From an uncultured bacterium (GTDB lineage Bacteria > Desulfobacterota > DSM-4660 > Desulfatiglandales > CALKZT01), in the NCBI GenBank assembly GCA_938002815.1, contig CALKZT010000079.1:1-53887 (forward strand): a stretch of DNA of 53,887 nucleotides, in the 5' to 3' direction. A program made the translations under genes and the position numbers. Below are positions 53,073 through 53,887 of the stretch, piece by piece; the first letter of the stretch is position 1, and the number at the start of each line of letters is the position of its first letter. Under the pieces are notes generated by a model, which was not told the origin of the DNA, ran no database searches, and saw only the letters and a program-made list of their open reading frames with translations.

Positions 53073-53747
53073 ATGACAACAAAGGAAGAGCTACTGAAAC
53101 AATTAAAGGAAGGGGTCATCAATTATAACGAGGAACAGGTAAAGGAGGCTGCGTCAAAGGCCATTGAATTGGGTTACCCTGCCCTGGAGATGATAATGGA
53201 TGGGCTCGCAGCAGGTATGGAGGTGGTAGGGGAACTCTATGAGCGTAACGAATACTTTGTGCCTGAGGTGCTTATGTGTGCTGATGCCCTTTACGCTGGT
53301 CTTGACATCCTAAGACCCCATGTACCTAAGCAGGAATCAGGGGTGGTGGCCCAGGTGGTTATAGGGAGCGTTCAAGGAGACGTGCATGATATAGGGAAGA
53401 ACCTCGTAAAGATGATGTTTGATGTAGCCGGATGGCAGGTTCACGACCTTGGGAGGGATGTGCCTTTGGAGAAGTTTGTGGAGGAGCAGTTGAGGACGGA
53501 TGCGGAGGTGGTGGCCATGTCAGCCATGATGACCACTACCATGTTAGGCATGAAAAAGGTGATCAAGATGATAAAGGAGAAGAACCCCAATGTGGCCATA
53601 ATGCTTGGGGGTGCACCTGTCACAAAGGATGTGGCCAAGCTGTTTGGTGCTGATGGTTATGCAGAATCAGCAGGGAATGCGGTGCAAGAGGCCATTAAGA
53701 TGATAGCGAGGCTGAGGGAAATGCAGCAGACTAAGGCAGCCAACTGA
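53073..53747 (+). CDS. Methyltransferase cognate corrinoid protein
   Basis: Cap domain GL..GMEVVG...EYFVPEVL; B12 motif GDVHDIGKN; SAMMTTT; GGAP; GADGYA. Confidence 0.95.
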   Translation: MTTKEELLKQLKEGVINYNEEQVKEAASKAIELGYPALEMIMDGLAAGMEVVGELYERNEYFVPEVLMCADALYAGLDILRPHVPKQESGVVAQVVIGSVQGDVHDIGKNLVKMMFDVAGWQVHDLGRDVPLEKFVEEQLRTDAEVVAMSAMMTTTMLGMKKVIKMIKEKNPNVAIMLGGAPVTKDVAKLFGADGYAESAGNAVQEAIKMIARLREMQQTKAAN

Positions 53748-53759
53748 TTGGAGGGGTTT

Positions 53760-53887
53760 ATGGACCAGAAGGCCAAAGTAATCTTTCAACCATCAGGCAG
53801 GAGGGGGGAGGTCCCCAAAGATATCAGTTTAATAGAGGCATCCAGGCTGTTGGGTGTGGATATAGAGGCCCTATGTGGGGAGAAGAA
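53760..53887 (+). CDS. Partial: probable reductive activator of corrinoid enzymes (RACE/DUF4445, N-terminal 2Fe-2S domain), cut by the window end
   Basis: GGAGG RBS; MDQKAKVIFQPSGRRGEVPKDISLIEASRLLGVDIEALCGEK; follows the corrinoid protein. Confidence 0.75.
   Translation, partial: MDQKAKVIFQPSGRRGEVPKDISLIEASRLLGVDIEALCGEK

Noticed and set aside
53073-53747. HgcA mercury methylase
   Set aside because: It has the classic DxHxxG motif, lacks the NVWCAAGK cap helix and has no TM domain.
53745-53747. Sec read-through at other TGA stops (corrinoid protein, V4R genes, map, oppD)
   Set aside because: These proteins are already full length for their families, and no redox-motif context or convincing SECIS-like hairpin was noticed.

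Overview
This window looks like a chromosomal segment of an anaerobic, probably thermophilic Desulfobacterota-like bacterium (inferred from gene content, the tmRNA tag and AGG/AGA-rich codon use). Positions 1-24.6 kb are mostly housekeeping: mucR, groES-groEL, aconitase-icd, a PAS hybrid kinase, SEC-C-fused map, radA, a FAD oxidase, dnaX-ybaB-recR, tmRNA, a four-subunit 2-oxoacid:ferredoxin oxidoreductase, tkt, DUF721, a tRNA methyltransferase and DUF1015. Positions 25-44 kb are accessory: a diguanylate cyclase, a frameshifted gene, an ArsR cluster with an unannotated putative selenoprotein, an operon with a FIST kinase, three ATP-grasp ligases, a peptide ABC importer and an N-formylglutamate amidohydrolase, then an adenylate cyclase and Mrp. 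The most interesting part is 44-53.9 kb. It has two tandem UxxC thioredoxin-fold selenoproteins that the ORF track truncates, coupled to a mini SMC-like ATPase ending in Cys-Cys. Next come a COG0523/CobW GTPase, two stand-alone V4R proteins with a NarL-type two-component system, and a corrinoid methyltransferase operon (MtrH-like, MtaA-like, corrinoid protein, RACE activator). The selenoprotein operon and the methyltransferase operon share a spacing-conserved 76-bp promoter architecture, suggesting one co-regulated, selenium-linked methyl-transfer system. No CRISPR, rRNA, tRNA or intact mobile element was seen.
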